Shown here one piece after another: positions 15,092-25,124 of a stretch of DNA of 64,000 nucleotides. Location of the stretch: NCBI GenBank assembly GCA_015066705.1, contig SVNV01000007.1, forward strand, positions 7,573 through 71,572, written 5' to 3'. The notes beneath the pieces are model-generated. The model was given only the letters and a program-made list of their open reading frames with translations, was not told the DNA's origin and ran no database searches. Made by a program: the position numbers and the translations under genes. Source of the stretch: Ruminococcus sp. (lineage in GTDB: Bacteria > Bacillota > Clostridia > Oscillospirales > Ruminococcaceae). Position 1 is the stretch's first letter. Each line of letters starts with the position of its first letter.

Positions 15092-15555
15092 TATTCTTCC
15101 TCCGTATTATCTGTATGGCTTTCGTAGTGTAGGGCGATTCCATTATAAACGGCATAGAGCATATATATTAATGCACCGATAAAACCCTGATGAATTGGTA
15201 TCGTTATTTTATCAGTGATTCCTGTCAATATAGATGCGAAGATGAAAATTATAAAACCGGTAAAGAATAAAAACCACAGAAATGAAGAATTTGTCTTTGC
15301 AACATTTTCTTTATATAGTTCATCTTCCTTATCACGCATACCAGAGGCTATCATGTATATTTCCAAAGTAACAAAAACTGATACAAAGAGAAAACCATAT
15401 ACTATAATATTTGTAAAAAGATTGTTGTTATCGTTCATAATGATAAGGTCGATTATTCCCCATACTGCCCAAATAATACAACTTACTATGCTGTAAACGA
15501 TACTAATTTTATAGTATTGTCTGTACGAAAGTATTTTATCTTTTAGATTTAACAT
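15091..15555 (-). CDS. Small integral membrane protein (4 predicted TM), unknown function
   Basis: Hydrophobic ORF whose start and stop abut the neighbouring genes (ATG/TAA overlaps). This is the typical partner arrangement of small XRE regulators in Firmicutes. Confidence 0.6.
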   Translation of the reverse strand: MLNLKDKILSYRQYYKISIVYSIVSCIIWAVWGIIDLIIMNDNNNLFTNIIVYGFLFVSVFVTLEIYMIASGMRDKEDELYKENVAKTNSSFLWFLFFTGFIIFIFASILTGITDKITIPIHQGFIGALIYMLYAVYNGIALHYESHTDNTEEE

Positions 15556-16220
15556 TATTCTTCCTCACATTCCTTAACTTTACGTTTTTTAGTCTTTGGT
15601 TTTTCGGCAATTTCCTCGTTTGCATCAACGATTTTTTCTGCTTTTTCATCAGAAACCGTTTCCTGTTTGTTGTTCATTTCCTGCTGTAGTTCGAGCTTGA
15701 TTTGTTCTTTAAGTTCGGCCTTGATTATTTCAATATCAATTTTTACATCATTGTTTTCAGAATCTGTATTTTCGTCATCTGCTTCTTCGATTTCTTCTTC
15801 ATAATCCGAAACTTCTTCGTCTTCTGATTTAAGAGTTGGAATAATATCAAGACAAAGGAAAATAATGCTTCTTACGCCTATGCTTCCTAAAAGAATATAG
15901 TAAAACAAATTAATAGCAACCTGACTTACATCAATAAGCCGATCAAGATTTTCTACAATAACAGCAGATACAAACAATGCACCAAGCATAATAAAAAATG
16001 TAAATTCTGTTGCTTTTTGAAGATTTAGGTTAGTGAGCTCGTCTTTTTCCTCATATGTACCTACAAGAGTTCCTATCACAAAGGCAAAGCCTGCATACAT
16101 AAGGATTTTCCATATCCCCTCAAGTGAAAAGGATTGAGCAATAATAATGCATATAACAGCAGCGATTGCAATGTAATGCTTGTTGCGGTAGCTTACAGTA
16201 TTATTTTTATTCTTGTTCAT
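15555..16220 (-). CDS. Membrane protein with acidic/Lys-rich C-terminal tail, unknown function
   Basis: Four hydrophobic segments followed by a highly charged tail (EDEEVSDYEEEIEEADDEN...KKRKVKECEEE). First gene of the operon. Confidence 0.6.
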   Translation of the reverse strand: MNKNKNNTVSYRNKHYIAIAAVICIIIAQSFSLEGIWKILMYAGFAFVIGTLVGTYEEKDELTNLNLQKATEFTFFIMLGALFVSAVIVENLDRLIDVSQVAINLFYYILLGSIGVRSIIFLCLDIIPTLKSEDEEVSDYEEEIEEADDENTDSENNDVKIDIEIIKAELKEQIKLELQQEMNNKQETVSDEKAEKIVDANEEIAEKPKTKKRKVKECEEE

Positions 16221-16299
16221 AGTTATTCCTCCTGAAATGTGATTTATTTGTAACTCTATGTTATAAATATATCACTTTGTTTTTGCTTTGTCAATATTT

Positions 16300-16322
16300 A
16301 AAGTGACAAATTTATCACTTTT
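16300..16322. promoter_or_regulatory. Palindromic operator candidate upstream of the membrane-protein/XRE operon
   Basis: AAGTGAcAAATTTaTCACTT inverted repeat, plus a third TCACTTT half-site at 16272-16278, in the promoter region of the operon. Confidence 0.35.
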
Positions 16323-16363
16323 GTTGAATCTACACAAAGCTTCATTTCTGATATGTATAAATC

Positions 16364-16404
16364 GCACAAAAAGTTCCCCCTGACCTTAAAAAGTCAAGGG
16401 GAAC
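16364..16404 (-). terminator. Rho-independent terminator after the rubredoxin gene
   Basis: gttccccctgac/gtcaaggggaac hairpin. The minus strand continues with TTTTTGTG. Confidence 0.75.
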
Positions 16405-16421
16405 AGTGGTTTGAAATTTAA

Positions 16422-16580
16422 TTATTCTTCGCTGAAGCTGTCTTTTCCAACGCCGCAAAGTGGGCATACAAAGTCGTCGGGAAGGTCCGCAAACTTTGTG
16501 CCTGCCTCAATTCCAAGCTCTTCGTCGCCAACTTCTTCATCATAAATCCAACCGCATACGTCGCATACATATCTTGCCAT
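16422..16580 (-). CDS. Rubredoxin (52 aa; below the ORF-track length cutoff)
   Basis: Translation [52 protein letters not shown] has two CxxCG knuckles. A GGAGGA RBS lies upstream. Confidence 0.9.
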   Translation of the reverse strand: MARYVCDVCGWIYDEEVGDEELGIEAGTKFADLPDDFVCPLCGVGKDSFSEE

Positions 16581-16607
16581 AATAAATCCTCCTGAAAATT
16601 TATAAAA

Positions 16608-18398
16608 TTATTTTATTTCCTCAAAATCACTTGCACCGTGCTTGCAGAGTGGACAGATAAAGTCATCCGGAAGCACATCGCCCTCGTAAATGTATCCGCA
16701 GATTGTGCAGACATAGCCTTTTTTGCCTTCTGTTTTTGGTTTTGGCTTGACATTGTTGAGATAATAGGTGTAAGTCATTGTTTCGCTGTTTGTAATTACT
16801 CTTGCTTCAGTAACCTCACAGATAAACATTCCGTGAGTGTCAAGGTCAACATACTGCACAACCTTTAAGCTCATAAACGAGTTAATGTGCTTTGGCAGAA
16901 AAACAAGTCCGTTGTCGCTTCTCAAAGGCTCACAGCCCTCAAACTTGTCCACGTTTCTTCCGCTCTGAAAACCAAACTTTTCAAAAACAGAAAAAGGTGC
17001 GTCAACAGAAAGACAGTTGATATTCATTTTTCCTGTCTGCCTGATAACGTGGTGTGAATAGTTGTCCTTGTTTATTGTAACAGCAATCCTGTTAGGTGTG
17101 TTTGTAACCTGTGTAACAGTGTTCACAATAAGACCGTTGTCCTTTTTGCCGTCATTTGAAGTAACAACGTAAAGTCCGTAACCGATGTTGAAAAGTGCGG
17201 TAAGGTCATTCTTGTCAGCGGTAGAATCCTGCATAGCAAGGTATTCCTGACAAAGCTCATCAGAAAGTGCCTTTAACTGTGACGAGCTTTCTTCGTTGAG
17301 TGCAGAAAGGATTTTAACAGTGTTTTCTGAAAATTTCAGGTTCTTACAGCCTGAAAGCATTTCTTTCATAATCTTTGCTGCAAGAGGTGACCAGCTTCCG
17401 TTTTCAATAAAGGCAACCGTTCTGTTCTGGAAATTTCTCTCTGTGAGATGATTGATGAATTCTCTCATAAAGGGGAAGATTTCAGCGTTATAGGTTGTGG
17501 TAGCAAGCACTATCTTTGAGTATCTGAATGCCTTTGAAACAGCCTCGGAAATATCGCTTCTTGCAAGGTCAATAATCTCAACCTTAGGACAGCCCTTTGA
17601 TTTCAGCATATCCCTGAGTTGAATAACCGCCTTTTTAGTGTTTCCGTAAACAGAGGTGTAAGCGATTACGATTCCTTCTGTTTCAGGCTGATAGCTTGAC
17701 CACGTGTTGTAAAGGTCAAAGTAATGGTTTAAGTTTTCATTTAATACAGGCCCGTGAAGAGGGCAGATAATTTCAATGTCATATGCGGAAGTCTTTTTCA
17801 ATAAAGCCTGTACCTGTGTACCGTATTTGCCGACAATTCCGATGTAATAACGTCTTGCTTCGTCGTCCCATAGCTCAGAAATGTCGTTAGCTCCGAATCT
17901 CCCGAATCCGTCAGCAGAAAACAGAACCTTGTCAACATCATCGTATGCAACTACTACCTCAGGCCAGTGTACCATAGGTGCAGTAACAAATGTAAGAGTG
18001 TGTTTTCCTAAAGAAAGAGTGTCATTTTCAGCTATGACAATCTGCTTTTCTGAAAAGTTATCATTAAAGAAATTCTTCATCATTAAAAAAGCCTTCTGCG
18101 ATGAAACAATCTTTGCTTCAGGATAGCTCTTTGTGAAATTCACAATGTTAGCTGAATGGTCAGGCTCCATGTGGAGAACAACAAGATAGTCAGGCTTTCT
18201 GCCGTTGAGGGCAGTCTGAATGTTGTCAAGCCATTGATGAGTAAACTTTGCATCAACAGTGTCCAAAACAGCAATCTTTTCGTCAATAATTGCGTAAGAG
18301 TTGTAACTCATACCATTCGGCACAACATACTGTCCTTCAAACAGGTCAATTTCATGGTCGTTTACACCCAGATACTTAATGTCATTTGTAATTGTCAT
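16608..18398 (-). CDS. Multidomain flavodiiron protein (metallo-beta-lactamase + flavodoxin + flavin-reductase-like + C-terminal rubredoxin domain)
   Basis: Diiron motif HMEPDHS, a flavodoxin-like middle region, a flavin-reductase-like segment, and a C-terminal YVCTICGYIY...FICPLCKHG. Confidence 0.8.
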   Translation of the reverse strand: MTITNDIKYLGVNDHEIDLFEGQYVVPNGMSYNSYAIIDEKIAVLDTVDAKFTHQWLDNIQTALNGRKPDYLVVLHMEPDHSANIVNFTKSYPEAKIVSSQKAFLMMKNFFNDNFSEKQIVIAENDTLSLGKHTLTFVTAPMVHWPEVVVAYDDVDKVLFSADGFGRFGANDISELWDDEARRYYIGIVGKYGTQVQALLKKTSAYDIEIICPLHGPVLNENLNHYFDLYNTWSSYQPETEGIVIAYTSVYGNTKKAVIQLRDMLKSKGCPKVEIIDLARSDISEAVSKAFRYSKIVLATTTYNAEIFPFMREFINHLTERNFQNRTVAFIENGSWSPLAAKIMKEMLSGCKNLKFSENTVKILSALNEESSSQLKALSDELCQEYLAMQDSTADKNDLTALFNIGYGLYVVTSNDGKKDNGLIVNTVTQVTNTPNRIAVTINKDNYSHHVIRQTGKMNINCLSVDAPFSVFEKFGFQSGRNVDKFEGCEPLRSDNGLVFLPKHINSFMSLKVVQYVDLDTHGMFICEVTEARVITNSETMTYTYYLNNVKPKPKTEGKKGYVCTICGYIYEGDVLPDDFICPLCKHGASDFEEIK

Positions 18399-18690
18399 AG
18401 CTATTCCTCCTTAATCTTAAAATGTATACCTATTAAGTGTATTATAGAATATATAAATTAGTTTGTCAATAGTTTTTTGTCAATATGATTAAATATTTTT
18501 ATGAGAGATGATATATTATTATAGGAATGAACATAGATTTTTAAACAGAAATGTGGTAAAATAATGTTGTGAAAAAAAGTGTAACGAGTTATTGCAGGTA
18601 TCCTTATGGAATCTGACGTCGTATAAAAGCACTTTATTCACATTGTATTGTATCCCGTAAATCGGGAATAATAACAAGGAGGAATTTAAT

Positions 18691-19278
18691 ATGACAAAAA
18701 ACAGTAAACTCAAAACAAAGGATTTAGCTCTTCTTGCAATCCTGACAGCACTTGTTGCAATGCTTTCCTATTTTGGTGGCTTTATCAAGATAGGCGGACT
18801 TGCTTCCGTTTCGTTGACACTCATTCCGGTAGTTCTTGGCTCAGCGATTCTCGGGCCTGTTGCAGGCGCGTTTCTCGGTGGTGTATCGGGCGTGGTTTTC
18901 TTTATGACACCTGATTCGGCTTTCTGGATGGGACTCAGTGCTGCGGGAACAATCATTACAGTAATGATAAAGGGAATTATGGCGGGCTTTCTTGCCGGCT
19001 GTACCTATAAGCTTCTTGAAAAGTTCAACCGTTATGTTGCGGTTATCGTCAGCGCAATAGTTTGCCCTGTTGTAAATACAGGATTATTCCTTGTTGGCTG
19101 TCTTGTGTTCTTTATGGATACAGTAAATGCGGGTGCCGTGGCAGAAGGTATGTCAGCAGGCGGATATCTTATCGTTTTCTTTGTGGGACTTAATTTTGTA
19201 TTTGAGCTTATTGCAAATATCGTTATCAGTCCTGCTTTATACAGAGTATTAAAAATCGTTTCACCTGACCAGAAGTAA
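18691..19278 (+). CDS. ECF-transporter S component (possibly pantothenate-specific, given coaX downstream)
   Basis: 195 aa with 5-6 TM. The N-terminal KDLALLAILTAL pattern is typical of ECF S units. Operonic with coaX. Confidence 0.6.
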   Translation: MTKNSKLKTKDLALLAILTALVAMLSYFGGFIKIGGLASVSLTLIPVVLGSAILGPVAGAFLGGVSGVVFFMTPDSAFWMGLSAAGTIITVMIKGIMAGFLAGCTYKLLEKFNRYVAVIVSAIVCPVVNTGLFLVGCLVFFMDTVNAGAVAEGMSAGGYLIVFFVGLNFVFELIANIVISPALYRVLKIVSPDQK

Positions 19279-19290
19279 GGAGAATTTATT

Positions 19291-20055
19291 ATGGTACTTG
19301 CAGTTGATATCGGAAATACAAATATAGTTCTTGGTGGCTTTGAAGGAGATAAAATCCTTTTCAGAGAAAGAGTTTCTACAAATACATCATCTACTGACCT
19401 TGAATATGCAACAGCTTTTAAAATGGCACTTAATGTTCACGATTATAATTCTTCAATGCTCGATGGTGCAATTATTTCGTCGGTTGTTCCGTCGGTAACA
19501 AATACCGTTAAGCGTGCAATCGAAAAGTATGCAGGCGTCAATGTTATGGTTGTAGGGCCTGGAATCAAAACAGGACTTTCTATACTAATTGATAACCCTG
19601 CACAGCTTGGAAGCGACCTTGCAGTTGATGCAGTAGCAGGTATCAACGAATATCCTGTTCCTCAGATTATTATTGATATGGGAACAGCAACAACACTTTC
19701 TGTAATTGATAAGAATAAGAATTATCTTGGCGGAACCATTATGACAGGAATGGGAGTTTCAACCGAGGCACTTACTGCAAGAACCTCACAGCTTCCTAAA
19801 ATCGCCTTTGAAGTTCCTAAAAAGGTTATCGGAACAAATACAATCGACTGTATGAAAAGCGGTATAATGTATTCAAATGCTTGTGCAATCGACGGACTTG
19901 TTGAAAGAATCGAAGAAGAGCTGGGAGAAAAGTGTACAGTTATTGCAACAGGCGGACTTGCAGGAGTTGTGACATCACTTTGTAAAAAGAAGATTATTCT
20001 TGACGACGACCTTCTTCTCAAAGGACTTATGATAATTTATAATAAGAATGTTTAA
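19291..20055 (+). CDS. coaX: Type III pantothenate kinase
   Basis: AVDIGNTN phosphate-1 motif, IIIDMGTATT, and ATGGLA near the C-terminus. Confidence 0.9.
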   Translation: MVLAVDIGNTNIVLGGFEGDKILFRERVSTNTSSTDLEYATAFKMALNVHDYNSSMLDGAIISSVVPSVTNTVKRAIEKYAGVNVMVVGPGIKTGLSILIDNPAQLGSDLAVDAVAGINEYPVPQIIIDMGTATTLSVIDKNKNYLGGTIMTGMGVSTEALTARTSQLPKIAFEVPKKVIGTNTIDCMKSGIMYSNACAIDGLVERIEEELGEKCTVIATGGLAGVVTSLCKKKIILDDDLLLKGLMIIYNKNV

Positions 20056-20107
20056 TGTATAATCTCACTCTTTTATCAGATAATAGTTTAAAACTATCTG
20101 AGAAAGG

Positions 20108-21157
20108 GTGATTTTTTTGTCCGAAAAAATGGCGAGAGCCTGCTTTAAGCTTACAACACCGCCGTCCATTACGGCGTTTTCGGCAGTTGGAGGTAAAAAG
20201 GAAAATGAAGGGCCTCTCGGAAACTGCTTTGATAAAATAAACGACGACCCATATTTTTCTACTGAAACCTATGAACAGGGAGAAAGCCAGCTCCAGAAAC
20301 AGGCTGTGCGATTTGCTCTTGAAAAGGGAAGCCTTAAAGAGAAGGATATTGACTTTATTTTTGGTGGCGACCTCCTTAACCAGTGTGTGGGAACAACCTT
20401 CGGAATTATGAATTATAATATTCCTTTTCTTGGAATTTATGGAGCTTGTTCGACTATGTCAGAAGGACTTCTCCTGGCTTCACTCTGTATTGATAATAAA
20501 ATCGGAAAACGTGTCGTAGCTGTAACTTCTTCTCATTACTGTACAGCAGAAAGACAGTATAGAATGCCTATTGATTACGGCGGACAACGCCCTCCTACTG
20601 CACAGTGGACAGCAACAGCCGCCGGCGCACTTGTTGTGGAAAATTCTGATAACCCGCCTTTTGTACGTGGTGTATGTGTGGGAAAAATCGTTGATATGAA
20701 TGTCACCGACGCAAATAATATGGGTGCTGCTATGGCACCTGCCGCCGCTGATACCGTAAAACGCTTTCTGGAGGCTTTTTCTATGAAGCCTGAGGATTTT
20801 GATTATATCGTTACAGGAGATTTGGGCAAAATCGGAAGCACGCTTTTCTGTGACCTCCTTGAAAAAGATAATATCAATGTCCGTGAAAACCATACCGACT
20901 GTGGGCTTATGCTGTATAATTTCTCTGATACTGACGTAAATTCCGGTGCGAGCGGTTGTGGCTGTGCGGCAAGTGTGCTTTGTGGATATTTCCTTCCTGA
21001 ATTACAAAGGGGCAAAATCAAAAATATCCTTTTCTGTGCAACAGGTGCACTTCTTTCTACAACCGTTAACCAGCAGGGTGAGCCAATTCCGTCGATTTGC
21101 CACGCTGTATGGATTTCAAGCGAAAAGAATAACCTTGATTTCAAATTTTCTAAGTGA
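20108..21157 (+). CDS. spoVAD: Stage V sporulation protein AD
   Basis: Thiolase/KAS-III-like fold signature (GACSTMSEGL, SSHYCTAERQYR), as in SpoVAD. The start is uncertain: GTG 20108 or ATG 20129. Confidence 0.85.
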   Translation: MIFLSEKMARACFKLTTPPSITAFSAVGGKKENEGPLGNCFDKINDDPYFSTETYEQGESQLQKQAVRFALEKGSLKEKDIDFIFGGDLLNQCVGTTFGIMNYNIPFLGIYGACSTMSEGLLLASLCIDNKIGKRVVAVTSSHYCTAERQYRMPIDYGGQRPPTAQWTATAAGALVVENSDNPPFVRGVCVGKIVDMNVTDANNMGAAMAPAAADTVKRFLEAFSMKPEDFDYIVTGDLGKIGSTLFCDLLEKDNINVRENHTDCGLMLYNFSDTDVNSGASGCGCAASVLCGYFLPELQRGKIKNILFCATGALLSTTVNQQGEPIPSICHAVWISSEKNNLDFKFSK

Positions 21158-21165
21158 GGTAGAGT

Positions 21166-21519
21166 ATGAATTATTTGTGGGCATTTGTAATCGGTGGTTT
21201 GTTTTGTGTAGTGGGACAGCTTCTTATAGACTATACCAAGCTTACCCCGGCAAGAATTTTAACGGCGTATGTTGTGGCAGGCGTAATCCTCGGTGCGTTT
21301 GGAGTATATAAACCTCTTACCAAATTCGGAGGAGCAGGTGCAACTGTGCCTCTTACAGGCTTTGGATACCTTCTTTATGACGGCGTGAAAAACGCAGTAG
21401 ACGATAAAGGCTTTGTGGGGATTTTCACGGGCGGAATTTCTTCTGCAGCAGGTGGAATAACCGCTGCACTTGTCTTTGGGTTTCTTGCTGCCTGTGTCTT
21501 TAAAAGTAAACAAAACTGA
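21166..21519 (+). CDS. spoVAEB: Stage V sporulation protein AE (SpoVAEB/SpoVAC family)
   Basis: 117-aa membrane protein MNYLWAFVIGGLFCVVGQLLID...LTGFG, located immediately after spoVAD. Confidence 0.85.
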   Translation: MNYLWAFVIGGLFCVVGQLLIDYTKLTPARILTAYVVAGVILGAFGVYKPLTKFGGAGATVPLTGFGYLLYDGVKNAVDDKGFVGIFTGGISSAAGGITAALVFGFLAACVFKSKQN

Positions 21520-21571
21520 TAATTTAAGAGGGTAAATCGGATTATTTTTATAAAATTCCAGTATATTGTGA

Positions 21572-21600
21572 TTGACAGCAGGTTTTGTTTGTGATAGAAT
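21572..21600 (+). promoter_or_regulatory. Sigma-A promoter upstream of the GH-like gene
   Basis: TTGACA (21572-21577), 17 nt, TGaTAGAAT (extended -10; hexamer 21595-21600). Confidence 0.55.
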
Positions 21601-21611
21601 ATCTGTAATAT

Positions 21612-21644
21612 AACTGCTGATATTTTTGTCAGCAGTTTTGTTTT
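21612..21644 (+). terminator. Terminator-like hairpin between the promoter and the GH-like gene (leader attenuator or spoVA operon terminator)
   Basis: aactgctga-tatttttg-tcagcagtt followed by TTGTTTT. It lies only about 5-10 nt downstream of the predicted transcription start. Confidence 0.5.
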
Positions 21645-21686
21645 AAATGAAGATATGAAATATATAAACCGAAAGGAATGTTGACT

Positions 21687-23126
21687 ATGGAATTCAAAGC
21701 ATATTCAGTTCATATGGGTAAGGCAAAATGTGCTGTTGACCTTGGCGACGGCTCTGAAAGAGGCGAGTATGTAAATCAGGATTATATTCTCCATAAAATG
21801 GGAAGACCTCACAGAGGAATTTCGCTTATGTATTGCTACTATCCCCTTGATAAGGAATGGCCGGGAAGAATTTCCGAGGTTATGAAGGATTCAAATGTAA
21901 CATATCAGTGGGGCTATGCATACGACGACTATTTTACATATAAGGGCGGACTTGGCGGAACAACAGATGACGAACCTTTTACATATATGAGAGATGTACG
22001 CCGTCACGGACAGGACGTAATCCTTACACTTACCTGTGACCCTAATGTTTCTGATGAACATCTTATTGCTATCGCAAAGGACCTCAGACCTTTCGGTAGA
22101 ATTATGCTTAGAATCAACCACGAAGCAACAGGAACATGGTTTTCATTCAATAAGAGAGCAACCTATCAGGAAGTAGCTGATTTTTATTGCAGATTCCATA
22201 GAATAATCAAGGAATACGCACCTAACGTAACTACAATTCTCTGTATCGGCGGTATCGAAGACCCGAACGCAACAGAAATTGTTATGGAAAAGGAATTTTC
22301 TCAGGCTGTCAAGGAAACAGATATCTGGTCTGTTGATAAGTATATGGCACTTCACTGGGGCTGGCCTTTTGACGTTGCACTTAAAACAAGCGAAAGAAAG
22401 ACTTATTACAGAAGAACCTTTGAAGAAATCTATGACCTTACAAAGAAGTCATATAAGCGTTTTCTTGAAATCAACGGCGGTGTAGCAAAGCCAATGGTAA
22501 TGAGTGAATTCAACGCTGACGGCGATGTAACAGGACCTTACGACCAGTGCGAAATGGTTAAGGGCTTCTGTGATATGTTAAAGGCTGACCCTGAACACTG
22601 GTTTGACGCATTCACTTTCTATCAGTTCCGTGACAGAGGTAGACTGGGACTTGAAATTGAAGACCCAAACTACGCTGACTGTGGTGTTGAACAGCCTGTT
22701 ATGAAAACCTATAAGGAAATTATCCACGATGATTTCTTCAAGCCTGAAATGACAAAGGGCGAGGAAGTTTCTTTTCCTGTGACTCTCAGATGGGGTGGCT
22801 CGGAAGATGCAGAGGGAATTGAAATCCCACTTCACTTTGAAAAAAATCCTCACTTCTGCGAGGTTACTTTTGACGATGATTCAAATGTTATGATGGAAAT
22901 CAACGGAAAGTGGTTCTATAAGTCACCAAAGGCAAAAACAATAGACCTTATGAGCGCTTTCTATGAAAAACCACTTGACGGCGAGACAGACCTTACACTT
23001 CGTCTTTTTGCTCCACCGGCAAGCGGAGAAAATGATATTTCAACAGAGGACGGACTCTATAACTGCTACCAGACAATCGAAAAACTGCCTGATATCAGAA
23101 TTGAGTTTGAGCCTGTAATGGACTGA
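21687..23126 (+). CDS. Putative clan GH-A (TIM-barrel) glycoside hydrolase, cytoplasmic; beta-mannanase-like by context
   Basis: Track ORF 21678..23126; the ATG at 21687 has better RBS spacing. RINHEATGTW (acid/base NE-type motif) and VMSEFNADGD (candidate nucleophile). No signal peptide. manA lies downstream. Confidence 0.45.
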   Translation: MEFKAYSVHMGKAKCAVDLGDGSERGEYVNQDYILHKMGRPHRGISLMYCYYPLDKEWPGRISEVMKDSNVTYQWGYAYDDYFTYKGGLGGTTDDEPFTYMRDVRRHGQDVILTLTCDPNVSDEHLIAIAKDLRPFGRIMLRINHEATGTWFSFNKRATYQEVADFYCRFHRIIKEYAPNVTTILCIGGIEDPNATEIVMEKEFSQAVKETDIWSVDKYMALHWGWPFDVALKTSERKTYYRRTFEEIYDLTKKSYKRFLEINGGVAKPMVMSEFNADGDVTGPYDQCEMVKGFCDMLKADPEHWFDAFTFYQFRDRGRLGLEIEDPNYADCGVEQPVMKTYKEIIHDDFFKPEMTKGEEVSFPVTLRWGGSEDAEGIEIPLHFEKNPHFCEVTFDDDSNVMMEINGKWFYKSPKAKTIDLMSAFYEKPLDGETDLTLRLFAPPASGENDISTEDGLYNCYQTIEKLPDIRIEFEPVMD

Positions 23127-23134
23127 AAATATAT

Positions 23135-23170
23135 AGCTCTTTGCTTTAAAAAGCAAGGAGCTTTTTTCTT
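23135..23170 (+). terminator. Rho-independent terminator
   Basis: agctctttgctt-taaa-aagcaaggagct followed by TTTTTT. Confidence 0.85.
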
Positions 23171-23273
23171 TGTAAAAAGGTCTGAAAAAGACTGGTTTTT
23201 CGTTGACTTTGATGAGGGAATGTGGTATAATTTATTATGTATGAGTATATCTGCTTGTTGAGGAGTATCTAAG

Positions 23274-24227
23274 ATGGCTTTATTTAAACTTTCTCCGGCT
23301 TTTAAAGACTATATCTGGGGCGGAACCAAGCTTAAAAGTGTATATAAAAAGGAATGTGATTTTGAAAAAATCGCAGAAAGCTGGGAGCTTTCCTGTCATA
23401 AGGACGGAGAGAGCGTTGTTGCTGACAGCGACGATAAGGGGCTTACTCTCAGACAGTATGTAGAAAAATACGGTAAGAAAGTTCTTGGAACAAATTGTGA
23501 GAGATTTGATGATTTTCCTATACTTATAAAGCTTATCGACGCAAAGGACAACCTTTCAGTACAGGTTCACCCTGATAATGAGTATGCGCTGAGAGTTGAG
23601 GGCGGATACGGAAAGACAGAAATGTGGTATATTGTCGACTGCGACGAGGGGGCTACTCTTCTTTATGGCTTTGATAAGGAAATTTCAAAGGAAGAATTTG
23701 AAAAGAGAATTGCTGATAATACTCTTCTTGAAGTGACAAAGGCTGTGCCTGTGAAAAAAGGCGATGTTTTCTTTATTGAGGCGGGAACTCTCCATGCTAT
23801 CGGAAAGGGTATTCTAATAGCAGAAATTCAGCAGAATTCCAATACGACTTATCGTATTTATGACTACGGGCGAGTAGGTAACGACGGAAAACCCAGAGAG
23901 CTTCATACTGAAAAAGCTTTGGAGGTCACAAGCTTAAGACCTGCAACAGTTTATGCTGAAACTGACGTTGAAGTTTTTGAGGGCTACACTAAAAAACTCC
24001 TTTCTTCCTGTGAATATTTCACTTCATATGTTGTTGAAACTAAAGATAAAGCTTCCTTTGAAACTGACGGGAAGTCATTTCATAGCCTGCTTGTTTTAGA
24101 GGGCGAGGGTGAAATTCAAAGCGGGAATATAGTTAAGTTCAAAAAGGGAGACAGTGTATTTGTGACGGCTGATAACGGTAAGTATACCGTGAACGGTAAA
24201 TGCAGGTTTATACGTACAACGGTGTAA
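23274..24227 (+). CDS. manA: Mannose-6-phosphate isomerase, class I
   Basis: Motifs YIWGG, SWELSCH, LSVQVHPD and EAGTLHAI (cupin metal site). Confidence 0.9.
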   Translation: MALFKLSPAFKDYIWGGTKLKSVYKKECDFEKIAESWELSCHKDGESVVADSDDKGLTLRQYVEKYGKKVLGTNCERFDDFPILIKLIDAKDNLSVQVHPDNEYALRVEGGYGKTEMWYIVDCDEGATLLYGFDKEISKEEFEKRIADNTLLEVTKAVPVKKGDVFFIEAGTLHAIGKGILIAEIQQNSNTTYRIYDYGRVGNDGKPRELHTEKALEVTSLRPATVYAETDVEVFEGYTKKLLSSCEYFTSYVVETKDKASFETDGKSFHSLLVLEGEGEIQSGNIVKFKKGDSVFVTADNGKYTVNGKCRFIRTTV

Positions 24228-24252
24228 AAATCAAAAGAACAGGAAAATAAAT

Positions 24253-25089
24253 ATGATAGATAGTATTTTATCTGTGTATTATAATGATAAGGTCACTCAG
24301 CAAATCTATCGGGCACAGTCTGAGCATAGATTAAAGCTTATCGACTTCTGGGGAATTAAAGAAGGCGACAGAGTGCTTGAGATTGGCTGCGGACAGGGCG
24401 ATACTACGGTGGCGCTTGCTGCTGCGGTGGGTGAAAAGGGCTTTGTTCACGGACTTGATGTTGCTGATGAAAACTACGGAATGCCTGAAACTATCGGTAA
24501 GGCAAGAAAAAGAATTTTAAATTCTCAGCTCGGAAACCGTATCAGAATGACCTTTGACTGTAATATAATCAATGACGATATAGTTTTTGAAGATGACGAA
24601 TTTGATGTTGCTGTGCTTTCTCATTGTCTTTGGTATTTCCCTGATTATGAGGTGCTTGAAAAAATCCTCAGAAAGGTTAAAAAATATGCAAAACGAGTTT
24701 GTATTGCCGAGTGGAATCCTCTTATTACCAATACAAATCAGCTTTACCACCTTCATGCGGCACAGATTCAGTCAATTTGTGAAAGCTTTTACGAAAACAG
24801 CGATTCAAATATCCTGACGATGTTTTATCCCAATGATATAAAAACTGCAGTTGTTAGTGCCGGGTATAGAATTACCGATACGGCAAGTATCTATTCAGAA
24901 GACGTTTATGATGCAAAGTGGGAAGTGGATATGACACTGACGGCATACAGGAGAAAAATTTCTCAGAGTGAAAATATGCCCGACAGATTAAAAGAACTTC
25001 TTCTTTCACAGATTCAGGTGCTGAGAGAAGCTAAGGAAATAAGACCTATGGCATCTTACGTAATTAACGCCGCACGTTGCGACGAATAA
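24253..25089 (+). CDS. Class I SAM-dependent methyltransferase
   Basis: Motif I VLEIGCGQGDTT and an acidic loop GLDVAD. Confidence 0.75.
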   Translation: MIDSILSVYYNDKVTQQIYRAQSEHRLKLIDFWGIKEGDRVLEIGCGQGDTTVALAAAVGEKGFVHGLDVADENYGMPETIGKARKRILNSQLGNRIRMTFDCNIINDDIVFEDDEFDVAVLSHCLWYFPDYEVLEKILRKVKKYAKRVCIAEWNPLITNTNQLYHLHAAQIQSICESFYENSDSNILTMFYPNDIKTAVVSAGYRITDTASIYSEDVYDAKWEVDMTLTAYRRKISQSENMPDRLKELLLSQIQVLREAKEIRPMASYVINAARCDE

Positions 25090-25124
25090 TAATATGATAA
25101 AATAATTTTTAAGGAGAATAAGTT

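Noticed and set aside
18399-18690. Possible riboswitch upstream of the ECF S-component/coaX operon.
   Set aside because: Only a small hairpin (tcccg-taaa-tcggga) is visible. There is no resemblance to a riboswitch class I can recognise, and no terminator/antiterminator pair. The evidence is insufficient.
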